This document shows positions 1 through 8,026 of a stretch of 17,902 bases of DNA, piece after piece. A program made the translations under genes and the position numbers. The DNA comes from Thermoproteaceae archaeon. Lineage in GTDB: Archaea; Thermoproteota; Thermoprotei; Thermoproteales; Thermoproteaceae. The stretch covers positions 1 to 17,902 of the forward strand of contig JAJHRB010000029.1 in NCBI GenBank assembly GCA_020833025.1. The letters are read 5' to 3'. Every line of letters starts with the position of its first letter. Position 1 is the first letter of the stretch. The notes beneath the pieces are model-generated. The model was not told where the DNA came from. It saw only the letters and a list, made by a program, of their open reading frames with translations, and searched no databases.

Positions 1-94
1 CCCTGAAGAATCGCCGGCGGTACGGCTTATAGCCTCGTGGCGCCGCCCCGCGCGTGAGCGCCGCGGTCAAAGCAGCCTCGACTTGAGGACGTGA

Positions 95-445
95 ATGAGC
101 CTTGACTCTGACAGCCACCTTTCAAGCGGCACCTTCAGGACCCGCCCGGCTGCGGTATTTATTACCGCGGCTCTCAACGCAAAGATTATAGGCTACCAGC
201 AGCTCGTGGAGATGCTCCTCTACACGCTCAGGAGCACCACCATGTTTGTGCCGGCAGCGGTGTACGGCGTGAGCGTGCCCGACACATCGCTGTACGCCCA
301 CTCGCTGCTCTCGGCCGCGCTGGCGTCCACGGGCGGGGAGTTCGTGCTCGTCGCGCTGGACGTCGGCAAGATACAGGACTACATGCCGCGCTGCAAGAGC
401 GAGAGAATAGAGCCGCCGAAGTTCTATATAGAGCGCGCGACTTAA
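95..445 (+). CDS. hypothetical protein (116 aa)
   Basis: ATG directly follows an in-frame TGA (92-94), and the codons are G/C-ending as in neighbouring genes. It ends 26 nt before the GH57 gene. No family motif recognised. Confidence 0.55.
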   Translation: MSLDSDSHLSSGTFRTRPAAVFITAALNAKIIGYQQLVEMLLYTLRSTTMFVPAAVYGVSVPDTSLYAHSLLSAALASTGGEFVLVALDVGKIQDYMPRCKSERIEPPKFYIERAT

Positions 446-471
446 AGGCCCCGTCCTGGCGCCAGAGCGCC

Positions 472-1881
472 GTGATAGCCTTCCACCTGCACCTCTACCA
501 GCCTGACAGGGCAGATCCGTGGCTCGAACTGCTACTGCCCGAGCCGTCAGCGTCGCCGTACAGACACTGGAACGAGAGAGTTTCGCACGAGAGCTACGAG
601 CCAAACGCCGAGCTTGGAAATTACGAGTGGGTCAACTTCGACGTGGGCCCAACGCTGCTCACATGGCTTAAAAATTACAGGCCGTGGGTATATGTCGCGC
701 TCCTGGAGGCTGACAGAGCCGGGCTGGAGAGGTGGGGGCACGGAAATGCACTAGCGCACCCTTACTACCACGTCATCCTGCCGCTAGTGCCTAGGCGCGA
801 CAGGGAGGTGCTGATACACTGGGGCGTGGAGTTCTTCAAGAGACACTTCAAGAGGGGCCCGGAGGGCATATGGCTTCCGGAGATGGCAGTCGACGTGGAG
901 ACCCTTGAAGTGCTCGCGGATTACGGCATCGGCTTCACGATACTCACGCAGAGTCAGGTCAGAGGGGGGAGGGCCGGGGGCCCTTTCAAGGCCGTCCTTC
1001 CGAGCGGCAGGAACATTGCCGTTTTTGTTAGGGACGAGGGGCTCTCAAACGCTCTGGCATTCGGCGGCTTTGAGAGATTCCTCGAGGCGCTGAGGGGAGC
1101 CTCTGGCGACGTTATAGTGGCGCTGGACGGCGAGACTTTCGGGCATCACATAAGGGGCGCAGAGAGAGAGCTCGCGAGGTTCATAGGCTCGCACAAAAAC
1201 GAGCTCGCGAATTTAGGAAAGCTGTACGAGCGTGGTTACGTGGGCGAGGTTGAGATAATTGAGCGGACCTCGTGGAGCTGCCCCCACGGGCTCGGCAGGT
1301 GGAGCCGGGATTGTGGATGCGACGGGCCGGCCCCGTGGAGGGAGGGGCTCAGGGAGCTCATAGACTGGCTCGGCAGGACTGTTGACGCGGCACTCGAGCA
1401 GAGATACGGGAGCGCGGGGTGGCGCATGCTGATGGAATACATAGGCGTAATCCTAGGCGGTGACAGCTCGAAATACACGCCGGAGCAGCTGAGACTTCTC
1501 GAGGCCCAGAGGGCAAAGCTTGCCGCCAATACTAGCGACGCATGGTTTTTCTCAAGACTGGGGATAGAGTTCGGCATTGCCGTGAGGTGGGCGCTCAGAG
1601 CGCTGGAGCTGCTCGGTGACCTAAGCCTCATCAGCGAGTTCATGGACAGGCTCTCCAGAATAGTACCCGAGGACGTCTTGATGCTCTACACCCCGGGAAT
1701 TAGAGGCCCCCTGATGGCTGCAATGATGTACATAACGCTCTCGGTGCACGGCATTGCTAGCGACAGAATAGGCCCCTACATCGTGAGGCCCGTGGACGAC
1801 GAGCTCGAGATTTTCGACACGCGCACGCGGGAGAGATACAGGTTTAGGTACGACCTGCTGTGGAGCGCCTTTGTGGGATGA
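472..1881 (+). CDS. glycoside hydrolase family 57 protein (DUF3536-type amylase/glucanase)
   Basis: GH57 motifs HLHLYQP, HPYYHVILPL, GIWLPE (nucleophile Glu) and ALDGETFGHH (acid/base region), plus DUF3536-like SWSCPHGLGRWSRDCGC. TATA-like CTTAAA at 441-446. Confidence 0.88.
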   Translation: MIAFHLHLYQPDRADPWLELLLPEPSASPYRHWNERVSHESYEPNAELGNYEWVNFDVGPTLLTWLKNYRPWVYVALLEADRAGLERWGHGNALAHPYYHVILPLVPRRDREVLIHWGVEFFKRHFKRGPEGIWLPEMAVDVETLEVLADYGIGFTILTQSQVRGGRAGGPFKAVLPSGRNIAVFVRDEGLSNALAFGGFERFLEALRGASGDVIVALDGETFGHHIRGAERELARFIGSHKNELANLGKLYERGYVGEVEIIERTSWSCPHGLGRWSRDCGCDGPAPWREGLRELIDWLGRTVDAALEQRYGSAGWRMLMEYIGVILGGDSSKYTPEQLRLLEAQRAKLAANTSDAWFFSRLGIEFGIAVRWALRALELLGDLSLISEFMDRLSRIVPEDVLMLYTPGIRGPLMAAMMYITLSVHGIASDRIGPYIVRPVDDELEIFDTRTRERYRFRYDLLWSAFVG

Positions 1882-3071
1882 GCCGGGCGCGGGAGCTCGC
1901 GGGGCTGTTGCTGCCCTACACTCCCATTCTTGTAGCGAGAGTAGGCTCGGGCGCGAGCGCGTTTCTCGTCGTCAAGCTCGCCAGCGGCGGGCATCTTGAG
2001 GCAGGCGCTGTGGCAGCCGCGTACCCCTTCTTGGAGGCAGCTGGCGCGTTTATCGCGGGGCGGTGGTCAGATTTGCTGGGGCGGAAGAGGACGCTAGTGG
2101 CGGGATACGCGGCCAGGTCAGTTGCAATGCTCTTGTTGTCCCTTGCGTTCTTCGCGCGACACGGGCCGTGGCTGGAGGCTGTGCTGAACGGCATTATAGG
2201 CTTCACAACGGCTTTCATCGTGACGGCATCTCTCACAATGGTGACAGACCTCACGAACGTCAGAAATCGCGGGATTGGCATGGGGGGTTTCGAGTTGGTC
2301 AATCTTGTGAGCTACGGCGCTGGCTACCTCTTGGGCTGCGCGCTTTACGACGCACTGCGCGGCCCCGCGGCGTACCTAGCTGTGGCCCTCGCGACCGCAC
2401 TCTCGATACCGCTGTTCGCGGCCCTTCTGCCGGAGACCGCCCCGGCGGCAGCTAGAGGGGGGAGATTTCTTTACGCGGTGCTGCCGCACTCCGCGCTGGC
2501 ACTCATGCCAATCTGGTTCGCGCTGACTGCGATAATCGGGCTGGCAATCTTCGCGCCCAGAGCGATGGTTGCAGTGCCGAAGCTCGGCAGTAGCATCCAA
2601 ATCGGCGCGCTCTATGCCGCGGCGCTAGCAGCCCTGGGACTCGGGGCCGTCTTCTTCGGCCGCCTGGCGGATGCGTGGGGACGCCTCAGGGTGTTCAGGC
2701 TGGGTCTCGTGAGCGGGTTGTTGGCGATATCGGCCCTCAACGTCCTGCTACGTCTCGGCTTCGATATCGCCCTCGCGATTATCGCGCTCTCGCCCCTCCT
2801 TTTCTTGACCTCGGCAATAGGGCCGAGCATTCTGGCGCTTGTAGGCGACGAGGCTGACATCAAGTATCGGGGCACTACAATGGGCATTTACAGCGTGATG
2901 CTAGGTCTTGGAATTGGCACGGGGAGCATAATCGGCGGCGTTGTCGCTTCGCTCTCCGGCGAGCGGGCCATTGCCGGAATTGCGTGCGCCGCGCTGCTGG
3001 TCTACGCCTCAATGTTCGCGCTCCACGTGACCCTGGTCGCGCGCTGGAGGGGCCGGGCGCTACAATATTAA
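1878..3071 (+). CDS. major facilitator superfamily (MFS) transporter
   Basis: About 12 hydrophobic segments with MFS motif A twice (GRWSDLLGRK, GRLADAWGR) and RGIGMG/RGTTMG motifs. Start moved from 1860 to ATG 1878, which forms an ATGA overlap with the GH57 stop. Confidence 0.9.
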   Translation: MSRARELAGLLLPYTPILVARVGSGASAFLVVKLASGGHLEAGAVAAAYPFLEAAGAFIAGRWSDLLGRKRTLVAGYAARSVAMLLLSLAFFARHGPWLEAVLNGIIGFTTAFIVTASLTMVTDLTNVRNRGIGMGGFELVNLVSYGAGYLLGCALYDALRGPAAYLAVALATALSIPLFAALLPETAPAAARGGRFLYAVLPHSALALMPIWFALTAIIGLAIFAPRAMVAVPKLGSSIQIGALYAAALAALGLGAVFFGRLADAWGRLRVFRLGLVSGLLAISALNVLLRLGFDIALAIIALSPLLFLTSAIGPSILALVGDEADIKYRGTTMGIYSVMLGLGIGTGSIIGGVVASLSGERAIAGIACAALLVYASMFALHVTLVARWRGRALQY

Positions 3072-3102
3072 GACCCCCGCGGTCCAGGGCCTTCATGCTG
3101 GG

Positions 3103-4137
3103 GTGTGCATTGACTACTACCGCGAGTTCGTGAGGAGCGGCAGATACAGGGTCAGGTCAGAGACAGAGTCCAGCTGTTTCTCCGCGCTCGCAGACAGAGA
3201 GGTGAAGTCAGGCGAGGAGGTGTCCACCTCTGACATAATCCCAAGACCGAGCCTCCGCAGAGTGTACACGAGCCCCGCCGAGCTGCTGACCGGGGAGTGG
3301 CCAACGCCCATGCTCAAGATCTCCGAGGGCCCGAGGGAGGCCTACGCCAAGCTCGACTTCTTCAATCCGTTTAGCAACAGCATCAAGGACAGGACTGCAT
3401 ATTACCTGCTCAAGTCAGTTGGCGGCAGTAAAGTGGTCGAGGTGTCGAGCGGCAACTTTGCTCTGGCGCTGGGCGCGCTCGGGAATATAATGGGGAGGGG
3501 CATCAAGGTCTACCTGCCGGCGTCAAGCGATTACATCGCGCCGTTTCTTGAGTACCTCGGCGTGGAGTACCATATTGTTGACGTGACGTCTACAATAGAG
3601 GCGCTGGAGCTCCTAGAGAAGGATCTAAGAGAGGGCATGGTGCACCCGAATCAGTTCGAGAACGACATGAACTTTATTGCACACTTGAGAACCGCGGCGG
3701 AGATAGACTGGCAGCTGTCGGAGATTGGCAGGAGACCAGGTTACATAATCGCCGCGGTTGGCACCTCTGGCCACGCCTCCGCTCTCGGCTTTTACTTCGG
3801 GACTAAGTACGGCGCCAGGCTCATCGCGGTGCAGCCGCGGGACTGGATACCCGGCATGAGGCGCGTTGAGACCGGCATGAAGTGGATCGGCATGGCCGGT
3901 CCCGAGATCGTCGAGGTGTCGCTCGAGGAGGCGCTGGACGGCGTGAGGTCCTTTGCGAGGAGGTTCGGGCTGCTCATCGGCCCGAGCGCCGGTGCCGTCT
4001 ATGCCGCTTTCCTGAGGCGCGCTGAGAGCGGCGTGTACGTGCTGATCTTTCCCGACGGACTCTTCAAGTACGCGCTGCTGCTCAAGCGCATGCCCCACGC
4101 TGCCCGGCCCCGTGCGAGCGGCCAGCAGCAGGGTTAA
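3103..4137 (+). CDS. PLP-dependent cysteine synthase, O-phosphoserine sulfhydrylase (Aeropyrum CysO-like) type
   Basis: NPFSNSIKDR with the PLP lysine (3385-3387), SSGNF, HPNQFEN, GTSGH phosphate-binding loop (3760-3774), IPGMRRVETG, GPSAGA, PDGLFKY. Confidence 0.88.
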   Translation: MCIDYYREFVRSGRYRVRSETESSCFSALADREVKSGEEVSTSDIIPRPSLRRVYTSPAELLTGEWPTPMLKISEGPREAYAKLDFFNPFSNSIKDRTAYYLLKSVGGSKVVEVSSGNFALALGALGNIMGRGIKVYLPASSDYIAPFLEYLGVEYHIVDVTSTIEALELLEKDLREGMVHPNQFENDMNFIAHLRTAAEIDWQLSEIGRRPGYIIAAVGTSGHASALGFYFGTKYGARLIAVQPRDWIPGMRRVETGMKWIGMAGPEIVEVSLEEALDGVRSFARRFGLLIGPSAGAVYAAFLRRAESGVYVLIFPDGLFKYALLLKRMPHAARPRASGQQQG

Positions 4138-4151
4138 AACACTGCAGGCGC

Positions 4152-4766
4152 TCACAGGGCACGGAACGGCCAGGATATTGATTCCAAGACCCTCGGCACT
4201 TTCCGCGCGGCCCTCTCGCGCACCTCCTCGAGGTAATTGCTGCCCGTTGAATCGATGACCACAGTCAGCGGCCCGAAGCTCTCAACATCGAGAACCCACA
4301 TAGCGTCAGCAATGCCGAGGTCAAGCCAGTGGACGGAGACAACGCGCCTCACAGCCGCAGCGGCGAGCACGCCGGCGCCGCCCGTGAAGACGGCATAGGC
4401 CGCGCCGCACTCCCTCAACGCCTTAGCGGTTCTCCTGCCCATGCCGCCCTTGCCGACGACAAGCTTGACGCCGAGCTTCCTGATCACCTCTGCCTCAAAG
4501 GGCTCCATCCTGGCTGACGTGGTGGGGCCGGCGCTCACCACCTCCCAGCCGTCCCCCGCCCTCCTCACGACGGGGCCCGCGTGGTATACGACGCCGCCGT
4601 TGAGATCGACGGGCGGCCTCTCCCCGCGCCTCAAGTACTCGACGAGCCGCTTGTGCGCGAGATCCCGCGCGGTCACGACGAGCCCGCTCACGTAAACCAC
4701 GTCGCCAATGCGGAGCCTGGCGGCGTCCTCTGCAGCTATTGGAGTTCTGAGCGTGTAGACGGCCAC
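4152..4766 (-). CDS. Fe-S hydro-lyase beta subunit (class I fumarate hydratase / L-tartrate dehydratase beta)
   Basis: LRIGDVVYVSG, ARDLAHKRL, YHAGP, GPTTSARM, GKGGMG, GPLTVVIDSTG: typical of the FumA C-terminal/TtdB family. Confidence 0.92.
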   Translation of the reverse strand: MAVYTLRTPIAAEDAARLRIGDVVYVSGLVVTARDLAHKRLVEYLRRGERPPVDLNGGVVYHAGPVVRRAGDGWEVVSAGPTTSARMEPFEAEVIRKLGVKLVVGKGGMGRRTAKALRECGAAYAVFTGGAGVLAAAAVRRVVSVHWLDLGIADAMWVLDVESFGPLTVVIDSTGSNYLEEVRERAARKVPRVLESISWPFRAL

Positions 4767-4785
4767 GGGCGTGATAAGTCGGACG

Positions 4786-4827
4786 TTAAAAAGCGTACCT
4801 GACTTTGCTATACTTCACGTATTAAAA
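4786..4827. promoter_or_regulatory. back-to-back TATA boxes of a bidirectional promoter (probably leaderless transcripts)
   Basis: TTTTTAA on the minus strand (4792-4786) lies 20-26 nt upstream of GTG 4766. TATTAAAA on the plus strand (4820-4827) lies 21-28 nt upstream of GTG 4848. Confidence 0.6.
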
Positions 4828-4847
4828 CGCGGCAGCGTCTGAGTGCG

Positions 4848-5735
4848 GTGCTCGAGACTGCGCTCCTCAGGGCAGCCAAGGAGGCTATTGCACGCGCCAC
4901 AGTAGGCCTGCCTTCCGACATCGTGGCGGCACTGGAAAGGGCAGTTGAAAGCGAGAGGAGCGAAATGGCGAGGTACCACTTAAAGGCAGCCCTCGAGAAT
5001 GTGCGCCTGGCAGTACGCCGCAGGGCCGCCGCGTGTCAGGACACAGGATTTCCCAGCTTTTATGTGAAACTCGGCGACGGCTTTCCCCTGAGGAGCAGAG
5101 CGCTTGAAATACTTGCGCAGGCCGTGCGCGAAGTCTCGCACGAGCTCCCGCTCAGGCCCAATGTTGTGCACCCCATCACCGGCAGGGTCTTCGAGGACAA
5201 CGTAAGCGCCGGCGCGCCGTGGTTCGACGTCGAGCTAGCCGCCGGCGACTACATTGAGTTCTTTTACGTGCCGAGAGGCGGCGGCTCCGAGCTTCCGAGC
5301 GTGGCCTTCACGCTCCCTCCGGGCATTGCGCTGCGAGAGCTCCCGCGCGTGGTCTTGAGGGCTGTAGTGAGGGCGGGGCCTGTGCCGTGCCCTCCCGTAA
5401 TCGTGGGAATCGGGGTGGGCCCGTCGGTTGATATAGCAGCGAGACTCGCGAAACGAGCAGCGGTGCTGAGGCCCGTGGGCTCCAGGCACCCCGAGCCCGA
5501 GATAGCGCGCGTGGAGGAGGAGCTGCTAAGGGCCATCAACATGCTGGGAATTGGCGCGCAGGGAGTGGGCGGCGCGATAACGGCGCTTGACGTGCACGTA
5601 GAGTACGCGTGCAGGCACCCGGCCGCCTTTTCTGTCGGAATAGCCTTTTCCTGCTGGGCTACTAGGAGGGCCGGCGCCAGAGTCTATCCCGACGGCAGTT
5701 ACGAGCCACTAGACGCGCCGCCAAGACTTAAATAA
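4848..5735 (+). CDS. Fe-S hydro-lyase alpha subunit (class I fumarate hydratase / L-tartrate dehydratase alpha)
   Basis: Three [4Fe-4S] ligand motifs CQDTG, CPP and CW, plus LRPNVVHP, GGGSE, RPVGSRHP, LGIGAQGVGG and RHP. Confidence 0.92.
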   Translation: MLETALLRAAKEAIARATVGLPSDIVAALERAVESERSEMARYHLKAALENVRLAVRRRAAACQDTGFPSFYVKLGDGFPLRSRALEILAQAVREVSHELPLRPNVVHPITGRVFEDNVSAGAPWFDVELAAGDYIEFFYVPRGGGSELPSVAFTLPPGIALRELPRVVLRAVVRAGPVPCPPVIVGIGVGPSVDIAARLAKRAAVLRPVGSRHPEPEIARVEEELLRAINMLGIGAQGVGGAITALDVHVEYACRHPAAFSVGIAFSCWATRRAGARVYPDGSYEPLDAPPRLK

Positions 5736-5737
5736 AT
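5728..5737 (+). promoter_or_regulatory. TATA box for the tRNA-Asn 3' fragment
   Basis: TTAAATAAAT overlaps the upstream stop codon. It would start transcription at about 5755-5762, giving a 20-25 nt leader before the exon at 5782. Confidence 0.55.
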
Positions 5738-5781
5738 GTCTGCAGAGAGAGGCAGTCTCGGGACCCGTCGCGCTCGCCGAT

Positions 5782-5845
5782 GCTGTTAACCCGTAGGCCG
5801 GTCCGCGGGCGGAAGTCCCGGGTTCGAATCCCGGCGGCGGCGCCA
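5782..5845 (+). tRNA. 3' fragment (position 31 to CCA) of tRNA-Asn(GUU); putative split tRNA with a 45/46 intron
   Basis: G31, loop CT-GTT-AA (anticodon 5785-5787), stem CCCGT, AG, [intron 5797-5814], GTC, T-arm CCGGG-TTCGAAT-CCCGG, acceptor strand CGGCGGC, discriminator G, CCA. There is no GCCGCCG/D-arm 5' half nearby on either strand. Confidence 0.85.
5797..5814 (+). other. 18-nt archaeal tRNA intron at position 45/46 (BHB-like)
   Basis: Central helix CCGT (5791-5794) pairs with GCGG (5809-5812), bulges are AG^G and AA^G, and the intron hairpin is CCG-GTCCG-CGG. Removal restores the AGGTC variable loop. Confidence 0.85.
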
Positions 5846-6020
5846 CTGCCCTCTTCTCCGCGCCACCGCCGCGATTTCTCTCCGTCACGGCGCGCTGTTT
5901 CCAGCCTCTCGGGGGCCGGCGGTCTTGCTTCTTGGAGCTGGGGTCAGATGCTTGGCTGCAGCAAGTGCGACTAGTAAGCAGTCTGCGAAACTCTTTTATT
6001 TAAACAGAAAATGATGCGCT

Positions 6021-6404
6021 ATGAAAGTTCGCGAACTAATTTCCAAGCGCGTCGTCTCGTGCCGCGATGACGAGCCAATTGAGTGCGCCGTGATCAAAAT
6101 GCACGCGGAAAATGTGGGAAGTGTCCTCGTGGTGGACAGCACCGAATCTCTCGTCGGGATAATCACTGAGAGAGATGTCATTAGGCTCGTCGCGCAGGGA
6201 GTCGATCTTAAGATGCCGCTTAAAAGCGTCATGACTCGCAGGGTAATTACAGCAGAGCCCGACGAGGCAGTGTCATCTGCAGCTGTCAAGATGGTGGAGA
6301 ATAACATAAGGCACCTGCCAGTAGTAGAGGGCGGCAGGGTGGTGGGCGTGGTAAGCATAAGGGATGTCATGAGGGCACTCCTCGCCTCGGCGGCATTCCC
6401 GTAG
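6021..6404 (+). CDS. CBS domain (tandem pair) protein
   Basis: Two CBS repeats (VGSVLVVD...VGIITERDV; IRHLPVVE..RVVGVVSIRDV). TATA-like TTTATTTAAA at about 5995-6004. Confidence 0.92.
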   Translation: MKVRELISKRVVSCRDDEPIECAVIKMHAENVGSVLVVDSTESLVGIITERDVIRLVAQGVDLKMPLKSVMTRRVITAEPDEAVSSAAVKMVENNIRHLPVVEGGRVVGVVSIRDVMRALLASAAFP

Positions 6405-6426
6405 GAAATCCGGCTCGCGCGGGCGA

Positions 6427-7098
6427 ATGCTAAAGACCGCTCTTGCGAGAGAGGCTGCCAGGCTCATTAAGAGCGGTATGATTGTCGGGCTGGGGTCCGG
6501 CACCACGATCCGCGAGTTCGTGAGAGTGCTTGCAGAGCTCGACCCTCCCGACGTCCTGCTAGTACCCACATCCATCGACACTGAGATGGCAGCGATCGAG
6601 GCAGGGCTGGGCGACGCGCTGAGGCCGCTGTGGGCTGTTGACAGAATAGACATTGCAGTGGACGGGGCTGACGAGGTCACGCAAGAAAAGGTTCTGCTTA
6701 AGGGCAGGGGGGGCGCCATGCTCCGGGAGAAAGTTGTGGATTATGCTGCCGGCACGCTCGTGATACTTGTGGAGGGGCGCAAGCTCGTGAAGCACATACC
6801 CGAGCGCAATCCGGTGCCTATAGAGGTTGTGCCGTGGGCGTGGCGCCACGTAGCCAGGGCCGTGGAGGTGAAGTACGGCGGCACCGCGAGACTGAGACGG
6901 GACTCGGCGAAGCTCGGCCCCGTGATCACGGACAACGGCAATTTCATACTCGACTGGCACCCGGCATCTCCGGTCAACGCCGCGTTAGAGGACGAGCTCA
7001 AGCTAATACCCGGCGTGGTTGAGAGCGGCATATTCTCAAAGAGGAGGGACGCCACGATCCTAGTGGCGGGCGAGGACGGCAGGGTTTATGCACTATAG
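6427..7098 (+). CDS. rpiA: ribose-5-phosphate isomerase A
   Basis: GLGSGTT, DIAVDGADEV, KGRGGAMLREKVV, PIEVVP, ITDNGNFILD, PGVVESGIF. Confidence 0.96.
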   Translation: MLKTALAREAARLIKSGMIVGLGSGTTIREFVRVLAELDPPDVLLVPTSIDTEMAAIEAGLGDALRPLWAVDRIDIAVDGADEVTQEKVLLKGRGGAMLREKVVDYAAGTLVILVEGRKLVKHIPERNPVPIEVVPWAWRHVARAVEVKYGGTARLRRDSAKLGPVITDNGNFILDWHPASPVNAALEDELKLIPGVVESGIFSKRRDATILVAGEDGRVYAL

Positions 7099-7974
7099 CG
7101 GCGCAGGGAAGCTGCCTGTGCCGCTGAAGTAGTCCCATCCGCGCCACCTCAGCGTTCCCTCACGCCACCAGACCGCGCCGCTCCCGCTCACCACCTCTGC
7201 GAACGCGATATATGGCTCTGTTACATCGCAGTCGCGCCTCACAGCGAACACAGGCAGGAGCTCCTCCCCGCCGTTAAACACGAGCTCATCCACGTCAAGA
7301 CCCCTCTCTCGCGCGAACTCCACTAGCTCGTCAGAGGTGGGGAGTCGAGTCACTATTACGTCAACCCCCCGTGCCATAGTCCACAGCACGTCGGCAAGAC
7401 CGTCTGAGGAGTCCATGCTTGCCGTGACGCAGTGAGCCGGCGGCAGCGGCCACGTGGGCTTGGGCCGGCGCAGCATCTCAACGCCGCGCCTGACGACAGC
7501 GCTCCTGCCGCTCTCGCGCCAAAATCTGTAGGCTATGCTGGTATAGCCGAACTCCGGTATTGTGATGAGTATGTCGCCGGGTCTCGGGATCCGGCCTACC
7601 CGCCTCTCGGCTCTCCCCACCATCACAATGTCTACCACGACGTCGCCACCCCGGTTTAAGTCGCCGCCAATATATTTAACCCCGAAGCACGATGCAGCTT
7701 CGAGGATGCCCTCGATGACCTCAGAGGCCTCCGAGAGGCTCGGCGCCGTGACAGATGCGAGCATGTGCGTCGGGGTCGCGTACTTGACCCTCATGTCGCT
7801 GTAAGCCGCGGCAACTCCCCTCCAGCCGAAGTCCTGCCAGCTCTGGAACGCGAGTCTTGACGCCGACGCCGAGATGCCGTCAATTTTAACGGCAATGCCG
7901 TCAATGTAGGTCACATCGTTGTCCTCGGCGCCGAGTGAAGACAGGAGGTCTCGCAGGAAGGCCTTCTCTCCCAC
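7093..7974 (-). CDS. thiL: thiamine-monophosphate kinase
   Basis: N-terminal GEKAFL, DND, G.RGVAAAYSD, IGGDL, SMDSSDGLADVL, GGEE. Convergent with rpiA, with a 6-nt overlap of the 3' ends. Confidence 0.85.
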   Translation of the reverse strand: MGEKAFLRDLLSSLGAEDNDVTYIDGIAVKIDGISASASRLAFQSWQDFGWRGVAAAYSDMRVKYATPTHMLASVTAPSLSEASEVIEGILEAASCFGVKYIGGDLNRGGDVVVDIVMVGRAERRVGRIPRPGDILITIPEFGYTSIAYRFWRESGRSAVVRRGVEMLRRPKPTWPLPPAHCVTASMDSSDGLADVLWTMARGVDVIVTRLPTSDELVEFARERGLDVDELVFNGGEELLPVFAVRRDCDVTEPYIAFAEVVSGSGAVWWREGTLRWRGWDYFSGTGSFPAPL

Positions 7975-8026
7975 GCGTCAACTCGAACCCCCATTATTCT
8001 TTCTCCACGCGGCGGCGTCAAGCCGC

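Noticed and set aside
2-94. Open frame ending in TGA directly before ATG 95 (possible 3' end of an upstream gene)
   Set aside because: Only 30 codons are visible and no motif is recognised, so it cannot be supported from this window.
5716-5727. GCCGCCAAG as the 5' end of tRNA-Asn
   Set aside because: It reads GCCGCCA, not GCCGCCG, has no D-arm, and lies inside the coding sequence of the hydro-lyase alpha subunit.
5780-5974. 64-aa ORF over the tRNA-Asn fragment, and the 150-aa minus ORF at 17433-17885 over the tRNA-Thr locus
   Set aside because: Both overlap structured RNA genes and are Arg/Pro/Gly-rich shadow ORFs typical of high-GC DNA.
5846-5990. Permuted tRNA-Asn (5' half downstream of the 3' half, as in Thermofilum)
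   Set aside because: There is no GCCGCCG-TAGCTC or D-arm downstream; GCCACCGCCGCG lacks a D-stem and the junction sequence.
5728-5990. Integrated virus/plasmid att site at the tRNA fragment
   Set aside because: No integrase, no direct repeat and no accessory genes in the window. Both flanks are housekeeping. It cannot be fully excluded as an old scar.
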